The notes beneath the pieces were generated by a model, which saw only the letters and a program-made list of their open reading frames with translations, was not told the DNA's origin and did not search any database. DNA of 64,000 bases. Origin: Planctomycetes bacterium ADurb.Bin069. GTDB lineage: Bacteria; Planctomycetota; UBA8108; UBA8890; UBA8898. Shown here piece by piece: positions 35,898 to 44,114 of the stretch (position 1 is its first letter; every line of letters begins with the position of its first letter). The stretch covers positions 80,103 to 144,102 of the forward strand of contig MWEK01000001.1 of the NCBI GenBank assembly GCA_002070955.1, written 5' to 3'. The position numbers were made by a program, and so were the translations under genes.

Positions 35898-38432
35898 TTA
35901 CGGGAACGTGAGCTTCTCTTCTTCCTTGACGATCACGATGTCCGACTTGATCAACACGTACAGGCTGCTGCGCAGCCGCGACTGGCCCTGCCGCCCGAAC
36001 AAGATGTTGAGAAGCGGGATCCGCTGAAGCAGCGGGATGCCGATGCTTTTGTCCTGCTCGATCACCTTCTTCAGGCCGCCCACGAGGACGGAGCCGCCGT
36101 CGGGAATGGTGATCGTCGTCTGAATCCGCGACAGCAGAATCACGGGCAACTCGACCTGTACCATGGTGAAGCCCTGGGCGAGGCTCAAGTCCGCGTACTT
36201 CGAATCGATATGCTTGGCCGTGGTGGGATTCACCTCAAGGATCACGAACTTGCGGTCGTGCGTCACCGTGGGGCGGATCTCGAGCAGCGCTCCCACACGA
36301 AACGAGCCGATCAGCGGGTTGATCACCGGGCTGACGCCGGTCTGGTTGACATCGACGTCCTTGATATACGCGATCTGGTCGATCACCATGGTGTGCGCCG
36401 TCTGGGAATCGAAGGCGAGGACGCGGGGGGCGCCCAGCGAGAGCATCTTCTGCTTCTTCTGGACCATGGAAAGGATGCCCTCGAGCTGGTAGTCCTCCAG
36501 CTTGTTGAACTGCAGCGCCATACCGCCCTGGGCCGTGATGTTGAACGGCGTGATTTCGGTGCCCATGACGCCGCTGTAGTCGGAAATGTTGGCGCCGATC
36601 ATCCCGTACCGCTCGCGCCGGTCGAGGAACACATACCCCGACGCCAGCGAGGTTCCCAGGCCGTTCACATCGGGAATCGGATACTCCGGCGTGCTCTCCA
36701 CCGTCCCGCCGATGTTGACGCCGATCTCCTCCAGCAGGTTGTCCTGGATGTCGATGAAACGGGCCTCGCTCGCCACCAGGACCCCGGACAGCTTGCGCAA
36801 GCTCGCCAGCAGGTCGCTGATCTTGCGATGATTCTCCAGGGACGTCCTGACGACAAGCTTGCCGGTTTGCAGCTCGGCGGTGCCGTTCTTGTCGTCCCCG
36901 CCGAGGATGCGTTTGCGAATCAGCTCGACCAACTGCTCGCCGGGAAGCCCGGTTCTGGCCGTTTCAGTCTGCTCCACATCCAGCGTGACGGCCCCGCCCT
37001 GCTCCTTCCCGCCCGCGAGGCTGACCGACAAGTCCGGCGCCGGATAGTCCGGATGCTGATTAGCGATGTCCTCGACGGAGTAGAAGGCCAGATGCATTTT
37101 CTCGGTCAGCGAGCTTCTCGGCCCGATAACCACGGCGCCGTTCTGAATCTGGTAGCCGTAGCCTTCGCCCACGGACTCCAGCACGATGTCCAGCACGTTC
37201 TTGAGCATGAGCCCCTGGACTTCCGGCAGGTTGACCTTCAGGTCCTCGGACTCCATGGCCTCGCGGGCGGCCTTGTTGGGCACGAAGCTGATGCCCGCGC
37301 CGACGCCCGGCCCCGCCAGTTGGCCCAGGTAATCGAGCACCTCTTGGAGCGGACGATCCTCGAAGCTGATCCGCGGAATCCTGGTGGTCTCCAGGCTTCT
37401 GCGCACTTCGCGGTTCGCGATGGGTTCTTCCGCCGCGACCTGCTCCTCGAGGGAGATGCGCTCCTCGCCCAGCTTTTCCCAAACCCTGCGCGGCGGAAAC
37501 TGGAAGATGTGGTGGTAGGACACCGTCGTCTCCATGATGCCGCGCAAGACGAGATCCCAGTTCCTCCGGGTCTCGCGCTCGATCTTGTCCATGGTGAACA
37601 GGTGCCGCAGATACCGCGCCCGGGCGCGGATGGCCTGGGCCTCGGCGTCGCGGGGATCGATCTCGAGCACCAGCAATGCCTGCTGCTCCGCCTTGTCGAA
37701 CCGGTTCTCCTGGAGGGCCTCCTCGGCCTGGGTCTTGTACAGTTTGATGCGGTTCTCGATGTACACCAACTCGCGGACGCGGTCGCCCTTGACGCGATCT
37801 CTGAGATCGGCCTCCAGCCGCCGCTGCTCCTCGGCCTTCTGATCGGCCCCTTTCCGCGCGCACGTGTCCATATGCGCCCGCGCGGCCTTGACCAGATCGG
37901 GCATGTTCAGGCTCCAGGGATAATGGCTGTCAATCTCCACCACGCGGGAGAATTTCTCGAGGGCCTGCTCGTACTTATTCTGGGCCATCAAGGCCTCGCC
38001 ATCGGCAAAGAGCCGCTTGAGTTGGGCCTGCGCCTGCTCGACGAGCAGGACTTGGTCATCTTCGATCTTCCGGATGGTCTCCCGCCGCTCGCCGACGAGG
38101 CGCCCCAAGAGGAACTGCACCTCGTCCAGCTCGACCTGCGCGGCGCTCAGCGTCGGATCCAGTCGGAGCGCCTCCTGGAGCTCCTTCTCCGCGAGTCCGT
38201 ATCGGAGCTTGTCCTTCAGCTCGCGAGCTTTTTCCAGGTGCCTGCGGGCGGTTTCCCGGCGCACCTCCACCGCCAACTTGGTCTCCGCGCTCACCGCCGG
38301 AATGTCGGTCGGCGCCGCGGGGTCGGGCGCCGCCTGCGCGACGGCGCTCCAGGCGAGCGCCGCCGCCAGCGCGATCGCCCGCCCGCCCGTCGGAAAGAAT
38401 CTTCCTCCGCCCAGAAGCTCATGTGCGTTCAT
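35898..38432 (-). CDS. secretin-family outer-membrane channel (paralogue 1) with long N-terminal TPR/coiled-coil region
   Basis: ATG at 38432. Signal-like AIALAAALAWSAVAQA. IPRISFEDRPLQEVLDYLGQ. C-terminal IPDGGSVLVGGL...IPLLQRIPLLNILFGRQ. Confidence 0.85.
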   Translation of the reverse strand: MNAHELLGGGRFFPTGGRAIALAAALAWSAVAQAAPDPAAPTDIPAVSAETKLAVEVRRETARRHLEKARELKDKLRYGLAEKELQEALRLDPTLSAAQVELDEVQFLLGRLVGERRETIRKIEDDQVLLVEQAQAQLKRLFADGEALMAQNKYEQALEKFSRVVEIDSHYPWSLNMPDLVKAARAHMDTCARKGADQKAEEQRRLEADLRDRVKGDRVRELVYIENRIKLYKTQAEEALQENRFDKAEQQALLVLEIDPRDAEAQAIRARARYLRHLFTMDKIERETRRNWDLVLRGIMETTVSYHHIFQFPPRRVWEKLGEERISLEEQVAAEEPIANREVRRSLETTRIPRISFEDRPLQEVLDYLGQLAGPGVGAGISFVPNKAAREAMESEDLKVNLPEVQGLMLKNVLDIVLESVGEGYGYQIQNGAVVIGPRSSLTEKMHLAFYSVEDIANQHPDYPAPDLSVSLAGGKEQGGAVTLDVEQTETARTGLPGEQLVELIRKRILGGDDKNGTAELQTGKLVVRTSLENHRKISDLLASLRKLSGVLVASEARFIDIQDNLLEEIGVNIGGTVESTPEYPIPDVNGLGTSLASGYVFLDRRERYGMIGANISDYSGVMGTEITPFNITAQGGMALQFNKLEDYQLEGILSMVQKKQKMLSLGAPRVLAFDSQTAHTMVIDQIAYIKDVDVNQTGVSPVINPLIGSFRVGALLEIRPTVTHDRKFVILEVNPTTAKHIDSKYADLSLAQGFTMVQVELPVILLSRIQTTITIPDGGSVLVGGLKKVIEQDKSIGIPLLQRIPLLNILFGRQGQSRLRSSLYVLIKSDIVIVKEEEKLTFP

Positions 38433-38518
38433 CGTCGCAACCTCTCTCCGGGACACGCGCCTCAAGAGCCCGTGCCATGCCGCTGTCTTCGCATTGGCGC
38501 CACAGGCGCGCTCTCCTT

Positions 38519-39757
38519 TTACCTGAAGGGACCGCCGCCGGCATCGTCCTCGGCGGCCCCGCCCGCTTCATCCTCCGCCGGCTCCTTCTCGGCTCCCGCC
38601 GGCTCCTCGGCCGGAGGCTCGTCGCCGGCCTCCCGGTCGGGCCCGGGCGCCTCGGAAGCCGCCTCCGCCGGAGGCGTTTCCTCCGGCGTCAAGGTCTCTT
38701 CGCCCTCCTCCTCCTGCGGCGCCGCGGGCAGCTCCCAGGCTTTGGGACACTCGATCGATTCCGGCACCCACACCCCCTGCGGAAGCTGGATCTCCCTGCG
38801 CGTGTCGATGTCCTTCAGCACCGCCACAAGGCCCTTCTCTCCCTGCTTGATGACGTTCAGGTAGTACCTCGTGCGCGGCAGGAGGTCCTTGTCCGCGTCC
38901 GGTTTGCGCATCAGTCCGAGCAGCTCTTCGCGCTTGATCATGGGCTCGGAGACGGGCGCGCCCGCCGCGTAGTCGTAGGCGTCGACTTTGAAGTACCCTT
39001 CTCCCGCGCCGGAAAGATCATCAGCGATCTTTCCCTGGACGAACATCACCCGCAGATCATCGGGGATGACGTAGCTGCCAAGATCGGCCTCGGGCGGCGC
39101 CGGCTCCCCGCTCGTTTTCGTGGGCCCCGAATCCGCCCGCCACTTCGATTTGCTCCGAGTCGCGGTGGTCGTCACCCGATAGGTGTAGCTTGAGCCCGCC
39201 TTCACATCGGCATCCACGCACGTGTAGACCTCCGTGCCATCCACATGGGGGATGGTCGCAACCACCCGCCACGCGGCGGCGCCGGCGGCGCGGCGTTCAA
39301 CCCGGGCCGTCGCGGCGCTGACCTCGCTCAGCTCGCCGAACCTGAAGGTGACCGTGGCGACGGGTTTCTTCTTCTCCGCATCCCGGGTTATGGCAACGCT
39401 GGTGATGGCGGGCTCGCCGTGCACGGAGTCTAAAGTCGCCGCACGGCTGTAGATGCGCACGACGGCCGGCTGAACTTCCATGGCGAAGGCCGTCCACGCC
39501 TCCTTCGGTATCGACGCTTTGTCAGAGCGCCGCGTGATGGCCTCCCTCGGATCGGGAGGGGCCTCCGCGGGCAGCAGCTCGGCATCCTTTGCGTGGTCGT
39601 TGATCAACTTCAGATGCTGCGCGATGCGGTCCTGGCTGGTCTTGATCTTGTCCTCGCCCGTCATGGTGACGGCGATCATAGCGACGATGATCGCCGCCAC
39701 GATGCCGAACGCGAGCCGGTCGCAATGGGCTGTAAGTCGCTCCTTAACCGACGCCAT
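38519..39757 (-). CDS. membrane-anchored hypothetical protein with Fn3-like domain and acidic Pro/Glu-rich tail (occupies the PilP position)
   Basis: 412 aa. N-terminal TM FGIVAAIIVAMIAVTM. A beta-rich segment ends in AGSSYTYRV. The C-terminal ~70 aa are E/P/A-rich. The call is positional only. Confidence 0.5.
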   Translation of the reverse strand: MASVKERLTAHCDRLAFGIVAAIIVAMIAVTMTGEDKIKTSQDRIAQHLKLINDHAKDAELLPAEAPPDPREAITRRSDKASIPKEAWTAFAMEVQPAVVRIYSRAATLDSVHGEPAITSVAITRDAEKKKPVATVTFRFGELSEVSAATARVERRAAGAAAWRVVATIPHVDGTEVYTCVDADVKAGSSYTYRVTTTATRSKSKWRADSGPTKTSGEPAPPEADLGSYVIPDDLRVMFVQGKIADDLSGAGEGYFKVDAYDYAAGAPVSEPMIKREELLGLMRKPDADKDLLPRTRYYLNVIKQGEKGLVAVLKDIDTRREIQLPQGVWVPESIECPKAWELPAAPQEEEGEETLTPEETPPAEAASEAPGPDREAGDEPPAEEPAGAEKEPAEDEAGGAAEDDAGGGPFR

Positions 39758-39779
39758 GCTTGCTCCTCACGCTCCTGCG

Positions 39780-40835
39780 TTACTGGGCGAATCCTTTGTA
39801 TTTCAACACGCTCAGGGTGAGCCGCATCGTGGCCGTGGGCAGCTTCAGCTCGAAGTCCAACGGCGCCCGCTTCGCATCGTCCAGCCTCGGGAACGGCTCC
39901 TCCGCCTTGTAGGACGCCTTGAGCAGCCGATCCTTCTGCTTGGCCAGCACACACTCCTCGACGACGAAGAACACCGGGTCATCGGCATCCGCGGCGCGCA
40001 GTTCCAAGGCGTGCAGGAACGAACCGAGGTCTTCGAACCGAATCTCGCCGGCCGCCGTCAACCGCACGCGCTCGTACAGGTCGCGCGCGTCGTACTCGGG
40101 CACGACGGCGGCCTCCGGCGTTTTGGGCGCGGCCGCGCCCCTTCTCCCGGTCCTGGCGGGGGGCGGCGGCTTGGATCCCGCCGGGGCCGACGCCTTCGGT
40201 TTCTCCTCGGCCGCCCTGGTCCCCTTCTTCTTCTCGAAAACGACCGACGTCAGTCCGCCCCACCCAGCCTCGGTCGCCGCCGTGACGAGCGCCGTCGTGA
40301 TGCGGCACATCTGCGCCGCCGCGATCAGGTCGGCTTCGTTGCTCGAGATCGTCGGGCTCAACGAAATCTTGGACTGCGACGCCTCGGGCGCCGCGGCCGC
40401 GTGGGCCGGATACACGCGCTTCACGTACTCGGCGCGCACATCGGAGTACTTCCGGTTCAGATCGTCCAGCGCCGTATTGAACGCGGAGCCGAACGCCGCG
40501 TCCTCATGCGCCGTGAACGTTTCGCCGCCCTTGACAAGCTGCAGGCGCGCGAGCTTCTCGGCCCGTTCGGCGTAGAACCGCTCGACGTCCGCAAGAATCT
40601 TCCGCAGCGTCTCCTGGAGGTCCGTGTCGGCCTCGAGTTTACGCTTCGTGGGAAGATCCTCGGGTTTCCGCTTGGCGTAGCCGGCCAGCACGCTTTCGTT
40701 CTTCGAGATCTCGCGCTGCAGGCTGTGATACTTGCTGATGCCCCAGCTCCAGGTGACGAAGTAGGCGAAGGCTCCGATCGCGGCGAGCATGGCGATCACG
40801 CCGACCAGGAATCCGTTCTTCTTCAAGCTCTCCAT
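39780..40835 (-). CDS. membrane-anchored coiled-coil protein, PilO-like / Amuc_1100-like by architecture
   Basis: 351 aa. N-terminal TM FLVGVIAMLAAIGAFAYFV, then a coiled coil, a Pro/Ala/Lys linker and a C-terminal alpha/beta domain ending TMRLTLSVLKYKGF. The layout resembles my recollection of Akkermansia Amuc_1100. Not verified. Confidence 0.45.
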   Translation of the reverse strand: MESLKKNGFLVGVIAMLAAIGAFAYFVTWSWGISKYHSLQREISKNESVLAGYAKRKPEDLPTKRKLEADTDLQETLRKILADVERFYAERAEKLARLQLVKGGETFTAHEDAAFGSAFNTALDDLNRKYSDVRAEYVKRVYPAHAAAAPEASQSKISLSPTISSNEADLIAAAQMCRITTALVTAATEAGWGGLTSVVFEKKKGTRAAEEKPKASAPAGSKPPPPARTGRRGAAAPKTPEAAVVPEYDARDLYERVRLTAAGEIRFEDLGSFLHALELRAADADDPVFFVVEECVLAKQKDRLLKASYKAEEPFPRLDDAKRAPLDFELKLPTATMRLTLSVLKYKGFAQ

Positions 40836-40841
40836 GACGAC

Positions 40842-42971
40842 CTACTCCTCGACGGCGCCGTCGGTCTCCTCCCCGGGAGAATCCGGCGGGAGCGCCTCCG
40901 GTTCGCCGGCATCCTCGTGAATCTCCGCCGGACCTCCCGCGGGCGATTCCTCGGGTTCCTCGGACGAGGCGCCCGCAGCGGCGGCCGCCGCCTTCTCGCT
41001 GACCGTCCACGTGAGACTGAACAGGTAGTACTTGTCTTCCTCGATCGCGACGCCCTCTCTGGCTCCCTGCGGCTCCCGCTTTTTCTTCTCTTGGTCCCGC
41101 AGGAACCTCGGATCGACGAGGAGCCAGTTCCGCGCGAATTGGCGGTCTTCCTCCGCCACGGGATCGGCGAGCGCCGTTTGATCCAACAGCTGGAGCCTCG
41201 GCGCCGACGTGATGTGCCCGGCGAGGGTACGATTCTTCTTCAGGGCCGCCGAAAGGGGCGCCACCACCACGGCATCCACGAAGCGACGGCTCTCGTCGGG
41301 AGTCTCGCGGGCCAGCACGGCGCCCGTCAGGGTGAAAACGTAGGCCAGCGGGGCCGGCGCGGACTTGGCCGCCTGGTCTTTGGCGGTGGTGGCAGCCCCG
41401 GTTCCCGGGCGCTCGGTTTCAACGCCCTTCAGCGACGCCTGGAGGGACAGCAACCAGGCCATCTCCTTGTGCACGGAAGCCATGCGCCTCAGGGCCTCGG
41501 CCTCGGCCTCGTTTTCGTCCTCCTGCTTGGCGATAAAGATCGTCCGCGCCCGCGGAGGCTCGGCGCCCAGCGGCGCGGTGACGCTGCCCGGCGTCTCGCT
41601 CCGGTAGGCGTTTTTCTCGATGGCGGCGAAGAGCTTGTTGACCTCGGCCAGGGATTGGGAGAAGTACGGGCGCTCCTGTCCGATCTGCGCGAGGGCCTCG
41701 ATCTTCGCCTTGAGCAGCGGAATGTCGCTCGTCTTCGCGAGCTGTTTGGCGGTGCCCTCGAGCTGCTTGACGATGTTGTCGCTCTTGTCGTTCGAGACGC
41801 GGGCGTTCTCGGCTTTCTTCGCGTAGGTCTGGCCGAGCACGACGAGCGCGCCGAGGAGGACGCCCCCGGCGATGAAAACCATCTTCCGCTTGCGGGTGAA
41901 CGCGAGCTGCACCCGCTGCTCGCGCGGCATGAGGTCGACGTTCGTGGCGGCCAGTCCCAGGCCCTGCAGCCCCGCGCCCAGCGCCGGCGCCAGCGACGAG
42001 ATTTGGGTCCTCAGCTCCGCCACATCGAGGCCATCCGCCGGCCGCATGCGGGCCAGCGCGGCCACGCGCTGCACCTTCCACCCGAGCCGCTCCTGGACGA
42101 CCTGGCCGAGCCCCAGCGTGAAGCTGCCCTGTCCAAGGAGGTACGCCGTTTCGAACTCGGTCGCGGCGATCTGGCGCCGGTAAAACGCCACCGACCGCTG
42201 CACCTCCGTGGTGAAGTCTCCGAGCACCTTCTGCAGCCCCGCGAAAATCTTGTCTTTCTGCGGGCTCTTGGCGGCCTGGCGCTTCACGCGCTCGGCCTCG
42301 GCGAAGGTCAGCCGGAAGCGCTGGCTCAGGTCGCGGGTGATCTGATTGCCGGAAAACGGGAGCGCACGGATCCAAAACGCGCCGTTGTCCACCAAGATCA
42401 GCGCGGTGTGCTCGGCGCCGACATCGAGGATCACGCTGGGCGCCTTCGGCCGCAACTCGTAAAGCACGAAATTGAGCAGCCCTAGGTCGCCGCAGATCAC
42501 CTGTTGGCCGCGGATCCCGTAACCGTCGAGTTCAAGCAAGAGATCGTCCACCGTCTCGCGCCGGGCGGCGAAGATGCCGACCTCCCGCTCCTGGCCGGCC
42601 GCGTAGTCGCGCGGCACGAGCTGCCAGTCCCAGACCACTTCCTGAATAGGGAAGGGGATCTGCTGCCGTGCTTCGAAGTTGACCAGTTCCTGGAGCTTCT
42701 TCTCATCGTCGGCGACGATCTTGATGAACCGCGGGAGAGTGTCCTGCCCCGGCAGGCAGACCACGAAGGGGTCGCGGGTCGAATTGCGGGAGGTGAAGAT
42801 CTGCAGGGCTTCCCGCGCGCCCCCGATGGAGTCGACGCCCTCCGGACCGATGTCGTATTCAATCCGCTCGGTCCCTTGGACAATCACTTGCATGCCGACG
42901 CGGCGCAAGTGAACCGCCTTGAGGGCGAACTTGCCGATATCGATGCTCCAGACCGCGCTGAAACCCGCCAT
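40842..42971 (-). CDS. pilM: PilM (actin-like ATPase fold) fused to a PilN-like TM segment and a large periplasmic extension
   Basis: ATG at 42971 follows GAGG. WSIDIGKFALKAV, ILDVGAEHTALILVDNG..IRALPFSGNQITRDL (PilM/FtsA-like). A TM segment near residue 400 (MVFIAGGVLLGALVVLGQ). About 300 further residues end in an acidic tail. Confidence 0.8.
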   Translation of the reverse strand: MAGFSAVWSIDIGKFALKAVHLRRVGMQVIVQGTERIEYDIGPEGVDSIGGAREALQIFTSRNSTRDPFVVCLPGQDTLPRFIKIVADDEKKLQELVNFEARQQIPFPIQEVVWDWQLVPRDYAAGQEREVGIFAARRETVDDLLLELDGYGIRGQQVICGDLGLLNFVLYELRPKAPSVILDVGAEHTALILVDNGAFWIRALPFSGNQITRDLSQRFRLTFAEAERVKRQAAKSPQKDKIFAGLQKVLGDFTTEVQRSVAFYRRQIAATEFETAYLLGQGSFTLGLGQVVQERLGWKVQRVAALARMRPADGLDVAELRTQISSLAPALGAGLQGLGLAATNVDLMPREQRVQLAFTRKRKMVFIAGGVLLGALVVLGQTYAKKAENARVSNDKSDNIVKQLEGTAKQLAKTSDIPLLKAKIEALAQIGQERPYFSQSLAEVNKLFAAIEKNAYRSETPGSVTAPLGAEPPRARTIFIAKQEDENEAEAEALRRMASVHKEMAWLLSLQASLKGVETERPGTGAATTAKDQAAKSAPAPLAYVFTLTGAVLARETPDESRRFVDAVVVAPLSAALKKNRTLAGHITSAPRLQLLDQTALADPVAEEDRQFARNWLLVDPRFLRDQEKKKREPQGAREGVAIEEDKYYLFSLTWTVSEKAAAAAAGASSEEPEESPAGGPAEIHEDAGEPEALPPDSPGEETDGAVEE

Positions 42972-43245
42972 GAGTACCTCGACTGCGTGGGCTTCGTTTC
43001 GCTCTCCGCCTTCGCGCGCCCGGCGCACGAAGGACATGGTCGCTCATTCGCCGGGCCGGTTGCTCGGTGCACAATCGCACCCCGGCGCAGCACACTCTAC
43101 GTCCGCGAGGGCAAGCATCGGGGAGGGACACAACAACTGATCATCCCAGCCGGACGCGCGGCATCGGGATCGAACCCATTGGGTTTCTCCTCCGTTACTT
43201 GCTTCTCGTAAACAATGTACTGCGGCTCGGTCAATACAGACTTCG

Positions 43246-43274
43246 ATTATAAGCCGTCGCCTCTTGCGGGTCAA
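43246..43274 (-). promoter_or_regulatory. sigma70-type promoter (TTGACC-17 nt-TATAAT) upstream of pilM
   Basis: The minus strand reads gcTTGACCcgcaagaggcgacggctTATAATcgaag. -35 at 43274..43269 and -10 at 43251..43246. This implies a ~270-nt leader. Confidence 0.6.
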
Positions 43275-43382
43275 GCGGGCAGCCGTATGGCCGCCCGCCG
43301 CGCGCGCGTAACTCCCGGCTCGGCCGGCAGCCTCGGAAATGCGCCCGAGGGAGCTTCCGCGAAGAGATCGATGGTTCCGTCA

Positions 43383-44114
43383 TCAGCGCGGTCCGAGGAT
43401 CGCCATGGCAGCCTGCAGGTCCTCCCAGGCTTTCCCCTTCTCTTCCGGCTTTCGCAGGAGATAGCTGGGATGGAAGGTGGGAACAACTTTTGCCGTCCCG
43501 TAGGCGTGGATGCGGCCCCTTACCCCGCCGATCGTCACCGCGCTCCCGAGCAGCCACCGCGCCGCGTGCGCGCCGAGCGGCACGATCACCTCGGGAGCGA
43601 GCAACGCGAGCTGGCGCCGCAGGTAGTCTCCGCAGGCCGCGATCTCGTCGGGCTCCGGCGACCGGTTTCCGGGCGGCCGGCACTTGAGGACATTGGCAAT
43701 GAATACTTGTTCACGCGTAAAACCCATCGCGGCGATCATGCGCGTAAGCAGCGCGCCGGCGCGGCCGACGAAGGGACGCCCTTCCCGGTCCTCGTCCGCT
43801 CCGGGCGCCTCGCCCACAAAGACGATGCGGGGGGCGCGCGCGCCTTCCCCCGGCACCACGCGGGTTCGCGAGGCCGCCAACTTGCACCGCGTGCATGCGG
43901 CCGCTTCGCGGGCAATGGCTTCGAGGGAATCGGAAGGCGCCCCGTCCGCGGGCGCCGGATCGGCGCGCTTCTCGGACGCCGCCGGGGGAACTTGCAGTCT
44001 GACGCGGCACCACGACCTTCCCGCCGCGTCCTCGGCCCACAATCTGTCGAGCAATCTGCGCGTCGCCATGCCTTGCACCGAACCTCGGGGGAGCGGCCGC
44101 CGAGCGCGGCTCAT
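43383..44114 (-). CDS. udg: uracil-DNA glycosylase, family 4
   Basis: CTRCKL, VFVGEAPGADEDREGRPFVGRAG, HPSYLLR. The ATG at 44114 overlaps the mtaB stop (ATGA). Confidence 0.85.
   Translation of the reverse strand: MSRARRPLPRGSVQGMATRRLLDRLWAEDAAGRSWCRVRLQVPPAASEKRADPAPADGAPSDSLEAIAREAAACTRCKLAASRTRVVPGEGARAPRIVFVGEAPGADEDREGRPFVGRAGALLTRMIAAMGFTREQVFIANVLKCRPPGNRSPEPDEIAACGDYLRRQLALLAPEVIVPLGAHAARWLLGSAVTIGGVRGRIHAYGTAKVVPTFHPSYLLRKPEEKGKAWEDLQAAMAILGPR

Noticed and set aside
32798-42485. Three ORFs of about 1000 aa or more on the plus strand (32798-35911, 35517-38864, 39480-42485), antisense to the secretin/pil genes
   Set aside because: Their translations are low-complexity and rich in R/G/P/L/D/H, with no recognisable domains. 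They mirror genes with clear family signatures on the opposite strand. They are classic shadow ORFs where stop codons are depleted by high GC. The same applies to 27825-31610(+), 4212-5903(+), 14650-16461(+), 46530-48233(-), 9602-11203(-, where it overlaps sixA/plsY), and 23494-25290(-)/23700-25502(+).
43166-43177. GGGTTCGATCCC (minus strand), a tRNA T-arm-like sequence suggesting a tRNA gene or tRNA-derived att site
   Set aside because: No D-arm, anticodon arm or acceptor-stem pairing can be drawn around it. With a 7-nt T-loop the stem has only 2-3 pairs. No integrase or other mobile-element gene is nearby. It is treated only as a motif inside the pilM leader.
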